From the NCBI GenBank assembly GCA_963663165.1, contig OY760175.1, positions 6,432,001 to 6,496,000 on the forward strand: a stretch of 64,000 nt of DNA, given 5' to 3'. This DNA comes from an uncultured Desulfospira sp. GTDB taxonomy: Bacteria; Desulfobacterota; Desulfobacteria; Desulfobacterales; Desulfobacteraceae. Below the pieces are notes generated by a model. That model saw nothing but the letters and a program-made list of their open reading frames with translations. It made no database searches and was not told the origin of the DNA. How positions within the stretch are numbered: the first letter of the stretch is position 1; each line of letters begins with the position of its first letter. The position numbers were made by a program, and so were the translations under genes. Shown piece by piece: positions 1-10,800 of the stretch.

Positions 1-538
1 CAGTATCGGAACCAGCTGCTTCATAGATGCCGGCCAGGGTTTGCAGTTTTTTAATATTCTTCCGTATGTTGATCGTATCCCCGGTTGCCAGTAAATCAGC
101 CACCTCTTTTTTAAGGGTGGCGGCATCAGTGGTTTTCAGGTCATCTTCCATTGGTTCGCCAGACAGGGCCGGCGTGTCAAAAACAGGTGAATTGACACGG
201 AAACCGGTGATATACCAGGTTTCATCATCCAGGACGCAGGAAATCTGGACCACGGCCGCCCCGTTCTCATACTCGGCAGTGGCCTGGTCGGTGCCGGTAA
301 TTGTTTCGCTGTTGCCCGAGGTTCTGGTTACTGCGGCCTGTCCTTTAATGTCATTGATCTGCTTTAAAGCCCCAAGCTTTTTATAGAGAAAAAAAATCTG
401 GTCCACGGTTGTAAGGTTGAAATTGTTTTTGACCCCGGGATAGACCGACGCCATAAGGAGTCCTGCCTCCCAATTGGCTGTAATACGGGTGACGGCGCTT
501 TCAACATAGGTTTTGGCATCACTGTCAAGTTGATCCAA
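1..538 (-). CDS. Hypothetical protein, partial (runs off left edge; probably 5'-truncated)
   Basis: Hand translation of the minus strand is open from TTG 538 to the edge (LDQLDSDAKTYVESAVTRITANW...WYITGFRVNSPVF...). In-frame TGA a few codons upstream, no SD; abuts the 43-bp hairpin element. Confidence 0.55.
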   Translation of the reverse strand, partial: MDQLDSDAKTYVESAVTRITANWEAGLLMASVYPGVKNNFNLTTVDQIFFLYKKLGALKQINDIKGQAAVTRTSGNSETITGTDQATAEYENGAAVVQISCVLDDETWYITGFRVNSPVFDTPALSGEPMEDDLKTTDAATLKKEVADLLATGDTINIRKNIKKLQTLAGIYEAAGSDT

Positions 539-580
539 ATGAAAGTCTTTTCAGCTTGTTAGTGAGACTTTCTTATAAAA
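538..580. repeat. 43-bp dispersed hairpin element, copy 1
   Basis: aatgaaagtcttttcagcttgttagtgagactttcttataaaa; 39/43 identical to 26922..26964; GAAAGTCT/AGACTTTC inverted arms. Confidence 0.75.
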
Positions 581-643
581 ATATTTGCAACACAAAAGGG
601 GATGATGATAGCCCGGAAGAAATTTTATAATATCATGTCTCCA

Positions 644-3600
644 TCAGGCCAGCCGGTTGTAAATTTCCCGGGTCCGCTGGTCCGGCTCTGTGTCCAGTTC
701 TGCTTCAAGGGCTTTACAGCAACTGGCGTATACCTGGAGGGCTTCGGTTTTCATTCCGGCATCCTGGTAAAGGACCATCAGGTTCTGGCAGGCGGCTTCG
801 TGGCAGGCGTCGATTTCAAGGATTCGCCGCCAGGCCGCCACGGTCTCGGGCCAGAGGTCCCGGGCAAGGTAAAGCCATGCCGACCGTTCCAGGATATCGA
901 TGCAGGCCCGCTGGTACATTTCCCGGTCCCTGGCCGTTTCTTCCAGGTAAGGGTCATCCTTGAAATACTCGCCTTTATAAAGCTGAATCGCCTTTTCATA
1001 GCAGGCCAGGGCACCGTCCTCGTCCCCGCCGGCTTCAAGGGTCCGGCCCTGGCGGGCCAGGCGGGAGAACCGGGCCGTGTCCACCGTGACCAGGTCCGGG
1101 GAAAGGGTGATTCGGCCGGCTTTCTGGCTTAAATAAACATGGCCGAAGGGCTTGAGTGAAAAGGGTTCCAGCGCCTTTCTAAGCCGGTGAAGGTTAATTT
1201 TTAAGTTTTTCTCCCCGGCACTCTCCCCTGTGCCGGGCCAGAGGGCATCCATCAGCACCTCTTTGGGGACATCCTTTCCCCCTTTGAGCAAAAGGACCTT
1301 GAGCAGCATCAGGGGCTTGGGGCCGCCAAACCCTGAAACCGGCAGGGGGGTGCCGCCCTGAAGGATGGAAAAGGGGCCCAGGGTGGATATAAAAAGGCCC
1401 GGGCAGGCCGCCCGGAACAGGGGGGCAAAGTCTTCGGCCGGTTTGCCGGTCTTTTTGCCATGGGATCTGGACAGCATATCCCGCACTTGGGTTAACGTTT
1501 GGGGCATCTTAAGCCCCTTGATAAACGGCATCAGCCGGTTTTCCGGATCATCAAGGATGTCCCAGGCCTTAACCAGCACGTTGGCCATAAGCCGTGCATC
1601 AAGAAGCGGGAAATGGCTGTACCGGTTTTCCACGGCCCGTTCAACCCCCTGCTCAAAATATCGGGCTGCAGTTTGTTTTAATTCGGGGTTGCCGCTGTCA
1701 TATAACGCAGCCCCCAAAACAAAGGTGGTCTCGCAAAAGCTTAAGTTGGAATGAATCTGTTTAAAGTAATCCCCGGCCGGTTCAAGTTCCCGGCAGGCCT
1801 CCGGGATATTCCCTATACCGTACAAGGCCATGCCGTAAATCTGCCGGGCCTGGAAAATATGGATGTCACCGCGCCTTGCCCGGACCAGCTCTTGGACAGC
1901 TTTTTGGGCCTGGGTACAGGCGGCCTGGGGATCACCGTTGAGCAAAAAGGCCATCGCCTTTATCCGGGAAGAAATCCCCCGGTAAAAATCGTTGCCCGCC
2001 AGGATGGAAAAATCAGACAGGTGATCGGCCGCCTGAACCGCCTGGTCAAGACGGCCGGAACAGGCATGATGCAGGGCCCGGGCCTCCGTGTACTCCGGGT
2101 AAAGGAAAATCAGTCCGAATTTTTCAATATCCGCCTCGGACCGGTCAAGAAGTTCCCCGGCCAGGGGGGTATCCCCCCGCTTGAGCGCCAGGTCAATATT
2201 GGTGATATTTTCAAGGGCCCGGTATTCGGGCTGGCTGCCCTCCTGTGAAATCGCCCGGGTTTTTTCAAGCATCTGCCGGGCCGCGGCAAAATCTCCGGAC
2301 TGGACCAGCCCCAGGGTTAAAATCACCGAAGCATTGAGGACCAGTTCGGGATTTTTGATGCCCCGGGCCAGGAGAATGGCGTTGCGGCAGGCAGAGATCC
2401 CTTTGGGAATATCGCCGGTGCCGGCAATGTATCCCAGGCCGATCTGCTGCCACAGCAGAATCCGGGCCCAGGCAAAGCGGTGGTCGTCCCCAAGGCTGTC
2501 CAGGGCGGTTTCCCCGGCCTGAATGTAAGGTAAAAGGTCGGTTGAAGGCTGCCGGATAAACACGGAGGCCTCAATGAGATAGGCCAGGCTGAGCAGGATT
2601 CCCCGGGTGTCATCCGCTTGTTTGAACAGGTCCAGGGCCCGTCCAAAGGCCTGGATATTTTTTTTGCCGCCCCGGATACGGGCCCCCATGGTCTTGAACA
2701 GAATCAGCCAGGGATCATCCCGGGTAAGGGATTCAGGCAGGGCGCCAATCCATTGAGACAGGCGATCGGTCCTGCCGGTAATGACATAATCGGTTCCTTT
2801 GACCTTGAGGATTTTGGCCACCCGGTCATGGCATCCGGCGGCCGTGAGAAAGGAAATGGCCTGTTCATGGTCCTTTTTCTCCCAGAACGCCTGGCCGATC
2901 CGCTGGTTGAGGCCGTTGATGTCTGCTTTGTCCCGGGATTGGTGAAGGTCGGTTAATAAAAATTCCCGGAACAGGTTGTTGTACCTGAATACCGGCCACT
3001 GGCTGCGGGGCGTAATCTTCTGAATAAACAGGTTGCGCTGCTCCAGCCGGTTGAGCAGTTCCAAAGGATCTGTCCCGGGAAAAATCAGGGAAAGCATCCG
3101 GGTGTCCAGTTCTTCAAACAGGGCGGTCTGCCTTAGAAATTCTCTGATCTCAGGGGCAAGGTTCCGGTAGATCTCCTGGCTGAAATATGAAAAGGCTTTG
3201 GCCGAAATCTGCTGGGGAAATCCCTTAAAATCCCGGGTTTGCCGGACCGCCTCAGCTACCAGAATCAGGCCGCCGGCCCAGCCGCCGGTGGCGTCCAGGA
3301 TTTTTTGGGCATCTTTGGGGTCAAGGGGGAGGGCCTTTTGCAGGGCGGTTTTCGTAAAAAAGGCCAGAATTTCTTCCAGGGTAAAGGCCAGGTCCCGGTT
3401 GCCCAGTGCCAGAAGCTCCTGGTTCATTTCAAACCGGCTCAGATTCAGGGCGGGCCGGGTCCTGGACAGCAGAAAGAACCGGACATGTCTTGGGCTTTCC
3501 GCCAACAGGGCCTGGACAAGTTCCAGGGACGGCGAATCCAAAGCCAGGGCCTCCATATCGTCCAGAACCAGGTTCAGGGGACCTTCAATACGGTTCATGG

Positions 3601-3952
3601 CCCGGGTAAGGATCTCGGACTGCCGGGGCAGGTCCTGCCGGGTTCCCAAAGACACATGGGGAAAAGAAGGCCCTTGGGGCGAGGGATTAAAAAGGGTTTG
3701 AAGCCCCCGGAAAATCAGATCAAAAAGGGGCCCGCTGTCCTTAAATGACGGGTTCAGGTGAAACCATAGACAGGGGGCCTTTTCCCGGTTTAAATAATCG
3801 GCCGCCAGGGTGGACTTTCCCTGGGCCGCCTGGCCGGTGAGAAGGATAATGCGGCAGTGGCGGCAGGATGACAGCATCCGGTAAAGCCTCGGCCTTGGCA
3901 GGACGTCCGGCAACACCGGGATATGGAAGATATGGAATTGGGCGGATGTCAC
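644..3952 (-). CDS. MalT-like STAND NTPase/TPR transcriptional regulator with C-terminal SARP-type DNA-binding and BTAD domains
   Basis: 1102 aa; LPRPRL and Walker A GQAAQGKST, LVLDD, TGGWAGGL, FRYNNLFREFL; C-terminal TLGPF...LWP...LHRLRKAL...YKGEYF...HEAACQNLM pattern. Confidence 0.85.
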   Translation of the reverse strand: MTSAQFHIFHIPVLPDVLPRPRLYRMLSSCRHCRIILLTGQAAQGKSTLAADYLNREKAPCLWFHLNPSFKDSGPLFDLIFRGLQTLFNPSPQGPSFPHVSLGTRQDLPRQSEILTRAMNRIEGPLNLVLDDMEALALDSPSLELVQALLAESPRHVRFFLLSRTRPALNLSRFEMNQELLALGNRDLAFTLEEILAFFTKTALQKALPLDPKDAQKILDATGGWAGGLILVAEAVRQTRDFKGFPQQISAKAFSYFSQEIYRNLAPEIREFLRQTALFEELDTRMLSLIFPGTDPLELLNRLEQRNLFIQKITPRSQWPVFRYNNLFREFLLTDLHQSRDKADINGLNQRIGQAFWEKKDHEQAISFLTAAGCHDRVAKILKVKGTDYVITGRTDRLSQWIGALPESLTRDDPWLILFKTMGARIRGGKKNIQAFGRALDLFKQADDTRGILLSLAYLIEASVFIRQPSTDLLPYIQAGETALDSLGDDHRFAWARILLWQQIGLGYIAGTGDIPKGISACRNAILLARGIKNPELVLNASVILTLGLVQSGDFAAARQMLEKTRAISQEGSQPEYRALENITNIDLALKRGDTPLAGELLDRSEADIEKFGLIFLYPEYTEARALHHACSGRLDQAVQAADHLSDFSILAGNDFYRGISSRIKAMAFLLNGDPQAACTQAQKAVQELVRARRGDIHIFQARQIYGMALYGIGNIPEACRELEPAGDYFKQIHSNLSFCETTFVLGAALYDSGNPELKQTAARYFEQGVERAVENRYSHFPLLDARLMANVLVKAWDILDDPENRLMPFIKGLKMPQTLTQVRDMLSRSHGKKTGKPAEDFAPLFRAACPGLFISTLGPFSILQGGTPLPVSGFGGPKPLMLLKVLLLKGGKDVPKEVLMDALWPGTGESAGEKNLKINLHRLRKALEPFSLKPFGHVYLSQKAGRITLSPDLVTVDTARFSRLARQGRTLEAGGDEDGALACYEKAIQLYKGEYFKDDPYLEETARDREMYQRACIDILERSAWLYLARDLWPETVAAWRRILEIDACHEAACQNLMVLYQDAGMKTEALQVYASCCKALEAELDTEPDQRTREIYNRLA

Positions 3953-4650
3953 AGACCCGGTTCCCCTGTCTTTGCCGCCTCCAGTACGGCCATCTTCTGG
4001 ATGCCGGCCATCTCCATCAGCCGCAGGATATTATAGGACAGCCCGGTGATGCGAAGGGCGTGGCCTTTTGAGGACAAGGTTTTAAGGGTGTCCATGAACA
4101 CCGATATGCCGGCCCGGTCCATGGCAATGTCCCGGCTGACCCGGAACTCAACCGGGGCGCCCTGGCCCAGGCCCTCCCGGATCATTGAAAGGGGGGCAGC
4201 GCTCTCTTGGGTCAGCTTGCCCCGGAGATGAAAACAGGCCGCTTTGGGGGGATCTTCACAGGGCAACAGGGAAAACTTAAGGTCCGGCTGGTCCAGACGG
4301 TGTTCCGCCCGGGCCAGTGCGGCATTCAGGGCCTGGCGCTCCACGGGCTTGTTGATAAAGTCCGAAGCCCCCTGGTCCAGGGCTTCAACGGCCCGTTCCA
4401 GATCCCCGTGGCCGGTGATGATGATCACCTGGCACCGGGGATCATGGGCCCGGATCTGTTTTAACACCTCAATGCCGTCAATTCCCGGCATCCGGATGTC
4501 CGTAAATACCATATCCGGTTTTATTTCTTTAAACACCTCAAGGCCCGTTTCACCGCTGTCTGCCGTGGCCGCCTCATACCCGTAAGCGGTCAGGAAAAGC
4601 TTAAACATGGACAGGGTTGGTTTTTCATCATCTATGACCAGGATTTTCAT
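3949..4650 (-). CDS. Response regulator (receiver domain plus probable STAS-like C-terminal domain)
   Basis: Likely start MKILVIDDEK at 4650 with SD TAAGGA; DIRMPGIDG, ITGHG, DFINKP; C-terminal LRGKL...MDRAGISVF...LRLMEMAGI is STAS-like; 4-bp overlap with the BTAD gene. Confidence 0.85.
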   Translation of the reverse strand: MKILVIDDEKPTLSMFKLFLTAYGYEAATADSGETGLEVFKEIKPDMVFTDIRMPGIDGIEVLKQIRAHDPRCQVIIITGHGDLERAVEALDQGASDFINKPVERQALNAALARAEHRLDQPDLKFSLLPCEDPPKAACFHLRGKLTQESAAPLSMIREGLGQGAPVEFRVSRDIAMDRAGISVFMDTLKTLSSKGHALRITGLSYNILRLMEMAGIQKMAVLEAAKTGEPGL

Positions 4651-4669
4651 GCTGCTGTTCCTTATTCTT

Positions 4670-4756
4670 CTAAAGAGAATGGGCTGGAAAAATAATTTTA
4701 AATTCCGTGCCTGTTCCCGGGTTGCTTTTGACGCTGATGGAGCCGTTATAATCCTT
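4670..4756 (-). repeat. Direct repeat (attR-like): displaced 3' end of the histidine kinase gene
   Basis: 4689..4756 is identical to 21492..21559 (68 bp); encodes KDYNGSISVKSNPGTGTEFKIIFPAHSL* versus ...PAHSS* at 21473. Confidence 0.92.
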
Positions 4757-4899
4757 TGGTCCAGACAGCAACATATAATTTTGATGTTTACCAGCCCCGT
4801 AATCCCAAGGCAAGTGCATACTACAAATGTGTTGAAAATCATTTTGAAGATCTGGAACGTGCCTGGGATGACATAAATGCATCCCGATTAGGTTTTTCG
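4756..4899 (+). pseudogene. IS91-family transposase N-terminal remnant (~48 codons), cut off by the CRISPR array
   Basis: VQTATYNFDVYQPRNPKASAYYKCVENHFEDLERAWDDINASRLGF resembles the segment preceding the Zn-binding domain of deltaproteobacterial IS91-like transposases (recognised from memory, not searched). Confidence 0.7.
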
Positions 4900-7800
4900 G
4901 AAACACCCCCACGGGTGTGGGGAAGACGGGCAACAAGCAAGCGAAGGGCTCTCTTAAGTAGAAACACCCCCACGGGTGTGGGGAAGACGTTATTGACCTT
5001 GAATAAAAAAAGCGTGGATGGGAAACACCCCCACGGGTGTGGGGAAGACTGGGCGTTTTAGACCTAAAAGCGACCCGAAAATAGAAACACCCCCACGGGT
5101 GTGGGGAAGACCTTTATGCTCCTTGTAAAATTTTATGCGGCTGAGAAACACCCCCACGGGTGTGGGGAAGACTTCCGGGCCATTATCCTCCTGCCCCGGA
5201 TGCGAGAAACACCCCCACGGGTGTGGGGAAGACCGGAAAGTTTATGGTGAGTTAATGATATGGCCAGAAACACCCCCACGGGTGTGGGGAAGACATATCA
5301 CGTACGCACCGGTAACGTAATTACCTAGAAACACCCCCACGGGTGTGGGGAAGACGCCTGTGCAAGCGCTAAACGGTAATCGTCGATAGAAACACCCCCA
5401 CGGGTGTGGGGAAGACCTGAAAGCGTCGGGGTCAACACCGTATACATAGGAAACACCCCCACGGGTGTGGGGAAGACGACCTCGGCAAGTCACTAAACTG
5501 CCGGAAGGGAGAAACACCCCCACGGGTGTGGGGAAGACCAACACAAGATTTACAGACGGGGGACTTTATCGGAAACACCCCCACGGGTGTGGGGAAGACG
5601 ATGATCTTTATTTTAAATTTTTCTGCGCCACAGAAACACCCCCACGGGTGTGGGGAAGACTTTAATGAAACCCATGAACTCCGGACACAGGAGGAAACAC
5701 CCCCACGGGTGTGGGGAAGACTGTTTTTTTGGTTCCGCCAGCCTGGCTTTCCCAGAAACACCCCCACGGGTGTGGGGAAGACTTAGTTTGGTGGTTGTTT
5801 GGTAAGGTGCTGTCGGAAACACCCCCACGGGTGTGGGGAAGACTCTAATCAACCCACTTTCTCCCATCGCAGTAAGGAAACACCCCCACGGGTGTGGGGA
5901 AGACAACTTTCCTTTTCCTGCCGCCTTTAATCTGAGGGAAACACCCCCACGGGTGTGGGGAAGACACCAGTCCTTGACTATTTTGTCCAGGCTGGCTAGA
6001 AACACCCCCACGGGTGTGGGGAAGACTCGAAAAGGGTTTTAAAATACGCCGCTGTCATAGAAACACCCCCACGGGTGTGGGGAAGACGGTATTTGTGTCT
6101 CGGTTTGTTCGGTCGTTAAAGAAACACCCCCACGGGTGTGGGGAAGACCGCCTATAAACGTCGCCACGGTGCCGAACATGGGAAACACCCCCACGGGTGT
6201 GGGGAAGACCCGGGTCTAAAGCCACCAAATCAGGAATCTGGAGAAACACCCCCACGGGTGTGGGGAAGACCCTTAATCATAAATTCCATTTCCGCTGCCG
6301 TAAGAAACACCCCCACGGGTGTGGGGAAGACCCTTTATGGCCAGGATCAACTCAAAGGACATTAGAAACACCCCCACGGGTGTGGGGAAGACCGCTTTGG
6401 CGTATTGCCGGTATCGCTCTTTTGAGAAACACCCCCACGGGTGTGGGGAAGACTTATTAGAAGATGAGCGCAAAGCCAAAGAAAGGGAAACACCCCCACG
6501 GGTGTGGGGAAGACCATGGTCTTTAATGCCATATCATCCTTCCTAAAGAAACACCCCCACGGGTGTGGGGAAGACCCCCACCCATTTAATTTTGTCAATT
6601 TTCTTCCAGAAACACCCCCACGGGTGTGGGGAAGACGCTTACCCGGTTTTCTATTTTTTCAAGGAGCTGGAAACACCCCCACGGGTGTGGGGAAGACTTG
6701 GGTTTCAGGCGATCAACCGGAATGACATCAGAAACACCCCCACGGGTGTGGGGAAGACTTTTTAAGAAAGGCATGATTGTTGCTTAATCAAGAAACACCC
6801 CCACGGGTGTGGGGAAGACTTGTATAGATCAAGCTGTGGTACATGTCGATCGGAAACACCCCCACGGGTGTGGGGAAGACTCAGGCGAGGAACTTCCTAC
6901 CGGCGTTACTGCAGAAACACCCCCACGGGTGTGGGGAAGACTTTATTTACGACATTGAAGTTTACCCCAACGTGGAAACACCCCCACGGGTGTGGGGAAG
7001 ACCCATCTGCGGTGGGTGGTCGGACCATCTGTCGGGAAACACCCCCACGGGTGTGGGGAAGACCCATTAGATTCGTCAGGCTCGTTTTCAGCCTTAGAAA
7101 CACCCCCACGGGTGTGGGGAAGACCTTTACCCTTTGGGAGACTGCGAGCGTACAACGGAAACACCCCCACGGGTGTGGGGAAGACAACGCGTGGGACGCT
7201 TTTATCGAGTCTCAGGCGGAAACACCCCCACGGGTGTGGGGAAGACCAGCAGAATGTCGAAGGCGCCGCATCAAATCAAGAAACACCCCCACGGGTGTGG
7301 GGAAGACTTTTAAAGCCGGGCGCTACCCGGCGGTTATGCGGAAACACCCCCACGGGTGTGGGGAAGACGACCATATCAGACGGACATATCGGACCGTATT
7401 AGAAACACCCCCACGGGTGTGGGGAAGACTTCGATACTCTCAAGAAAAGCACCCGGTAAAAAGAAACACCCCCACGGGTGTGGGGAAGACGAAGAGGCGA
7501 AGGAAGGCACACTCGCCCATGAAGAAACACCCCCACGGGTGTGGGGAAGACCAACCCACCCGGCGGAGGCTTCATCATCATCGAGAAACACCCCCACGGG
7601 TGTGGGGAAGACTTTAATTCCTCTTGAGTGTCTTCTATAGCATCAGAAACACCCCCACGGGTGTGGGGAAGACCAATGGAGCTTGAGGGGATACTGAATA
7701 CAGAGGGAAACACCCCCACGGGTGTGGGGAAGACTTTATGCCGACATTATAAAAAGCTTACCTGCCGGAAACACCCCCACGGGTGTGGGGAAGACGAGAT

Positions 7801-10800
7801 GGAAACATTACGACTGGATGCCCAACCAGAAACACCCCCACGGGTGTGGGGAAGACCCCCAAAAAATCGCATATGGCTCCGGGGGTTTGGAAACACCCCC
7901 ACGGGTGTGGGGAAGACGTTTTGGTGGTCTGGGCACCTTTGGCAAGAGGGGAAACACCCCCACGGGTGTGGGGAAGACCAACATGGAGCCGGGGGCAGTC
8001 CGGGAGGTGAGGAAACACCCCCACGGGTGTGGGGAAGACCTTTGATTAGTTTGTGTAATCCTTCCGCTTCTCAGAAACACCCCCACGGGTGTGGGGAAGA
8101 CAGCCTCAGACCTGGAATCAACCGGTGTATCCCGGAAACACCCCCACGGGTGTGGGGAAGACTCACAGATCCAAAGAAAAGATCCAATTTTTAAAGAAAC
8201 ACCCCCACGGGTGTGGGGAAGACTCAACTGTGTTAACGCCTTCGGGCGTTAACCCGGAAACACCCCCACGGGTGTGGGGAAGACTAGAAGGACCTTATTA
8301 AAATGGAGAATATAGAAGAAACACCCCCACGGGTGTGGGGAAGACTTGATTGCCGGATAGGCCCTGTATTCTGCCTCTGAAACACCCCCACGGGTGTGGG
8401 GAAGACAGTAAGAGATTGTGACAAACATCGCGGTGGGTGGAAACACCCCCACGGGTGTGGGGAAGACTCACCCCACATATCAGTACTTGACCCGGTGAAA
8501 AGAAACACCCCCACGGGTGTGGGGAAGACTTCCATCCGGACAGGCATGCCGGCTGCAATGAAGAAACACCCCCACGGGTGTGGGGAAGACCTGTCCATGA
8601 TATTTCTGAGTTTTTGCCCATGAGAAACACCCCCACGGGTGTGGGGAAGACTATTCCATCATGAAATCAACAAGATCATCGATAGAAACACCCCCACGGG
8701 TGTGGGGAAGACGCCCCAAGCATGGGGATTGAAGCCCGAAACGGGGAAACACCCCCACGGGTGTGGGGAAGACTTTTAAGCATGTCTTTTGTATCAGACA
8801 ATGACAGAAACACCCCCACGGGTGTGGGGAAGACTTGTATGTCCTTATCGCGTGCTTGAACGAGGTAGAAACACCCCCACGGGTGTGGGGAAGACTGTCT
8901 ACCGTGTGAAGATGGGGTAATTTGCATAGAAACACCCCCACGGGTGTGGGGAAGACTACGGGGAAAAACATTACCTCTTGCAAGCAAGAGAAACACCCCC
9001 ACGGGTGTGGGGAAGACTGGAAAAGAAATGGCCTTTGAAGATGCTGAACAAGAAACACCCCCACGGGTGTGGGGAAGACTATAGATGATCCCCCGTTTTT
9101 ATCTTCGTACAAGAAACACCCCCACGGGTGTGGGGAAGACTAAAGGAAAGGAGATAAAAACTAAAGGAATTTAGGAAACACCCCCACGGGTGTGGGGAAG
9201 ACTTTATTTTAAATGAAAAAACAGCAGAAGAATTGGAAACACCCCCACGGGTGTGGGGAAGACCCATTGATTAGGAGAATATAATACATAAGAGGAGAAA
9301 CACCCCCACGGGTGTGGGGAAGACGTTTTGTTGTTTAGGCACAGGAATTGCATTGTGGAAACACCCCCACGGGTGTGGGGAAGACTATTTTTTGAGGAAT
9401 TTAGCTAAATTCCTTTAGGAAACACCCCCACGGGTGTGGGGAAGACCATTTTTAGCTGCTTTTCTTAATACTTTTTCTGGAAACACCCCCACGGGTGTGG
9501 GGAAGACTGAAAATAACCCTAAAAGACCCCAAAGGTATGAGAAACACCCCCACGGGTGTGGGGAAGACTATAGCAATAAACATAAACAAAGAGCAGGAAT
9601 AGAAACACCCCCACGGGTGTGGGGAAGACTTAAAATGCCCTAAAATAGCACATAAAAACACAGAAACACCCCCACGGGTGTGGGGAAGACGTTGTTGGTC
9701 CCCATGTCCCTCTAAAAGTCGTAGAAACACCCCCACGGGTGTGGGGAAGACTTTTTCCTGAAAAAAATAGTTCAAATGCGCTTGGAAACACCCCCACGGG
9801 TGTGGGGAAGACCCGTATATTGGGGCAAAGGTCCCTTTTCTGATGGAAACACCCCCACGGGTGTGGGGAAGACTAAATAAAAACAAGGCTGTATTATTTA
9901 ACAACCAGAAACACCCCCACGGGTGTGGGGAAGACTAGATGATCCCCCGTTTTTATCTTCGTATGATCGGAAACACCCCCACGGGTGTGGGGAAGACCAA
10001 GAACCCGGATTTCGCGTGGTCCAACCTGCAGAAACACCCCCACGGGTGTGGGGAAGACCTTTGAAATGCGGCGGGAAAACACATGGAATTAGAAACACCC
10101 CCACGGGTGTGGGGAAGACTTCCCATAACAAAGGGCTTCTCCAATCCATAAAGAAACACCCCCACGGGTGTGGGGAAGACTGATTACGTTTAGTTAACTT
10201 TTTTACCTCTTTTGAAACACCCCCACGGGTGTGGGGAAGACTCATGGAGAACGGGCAGGCAATCCTTGCCCTTGGAAACACCCCCACGGGTGTGGGGAAG
10301 ACATCCCTGTATCCGAAAACTTGGAAAATATAACAGAAACACCCCCACGGGTGTGGGGAAGACTCTCTTTGCGCCTCGTGACGGCTCAGTGCTTGAGAAA
10401 CACCCCCACGGGTGTGGGGAAGACTTGTATTGTCTGGCAACGTATCAAATGAAAAAAGAAACACCCCCACGGGTGTGGGGAAGACGAGACCCAAGGGCAT
10501 AGTAGGTATTTTACTTTAGAAACACCCCCACGGGTGTGGGGAAGACTCCCTTATGCTCCAAAGGCAGGATCATCTAAAGGAAACACCCCCACGGGTGTGG
10601 GGAAGACCGGCCTTGCTTTATGCTTAGAGTATAAATACCGGAAACACCCCCACGGGTGTGGGGAAGACAAGGGGCTTTACGGGGATTTTAGAGTTATATG
10701 AGAAACACCCCCACGGGTGTGGGGAAGACAACTTCTCACCTGTAAAAATCCTGTGGAAGCAAGAAACACCCCCACGGGTGTGGGGAAGACAATGTCAATA

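Noticed and set aside
4651..4936. ORF 4670..4936 and the N-terminal extension of ORF 3949..4842
   Set aside because: Chimeric read-through across array, transposase stub and duplicated kinase tail; the real receiver start is 4650.
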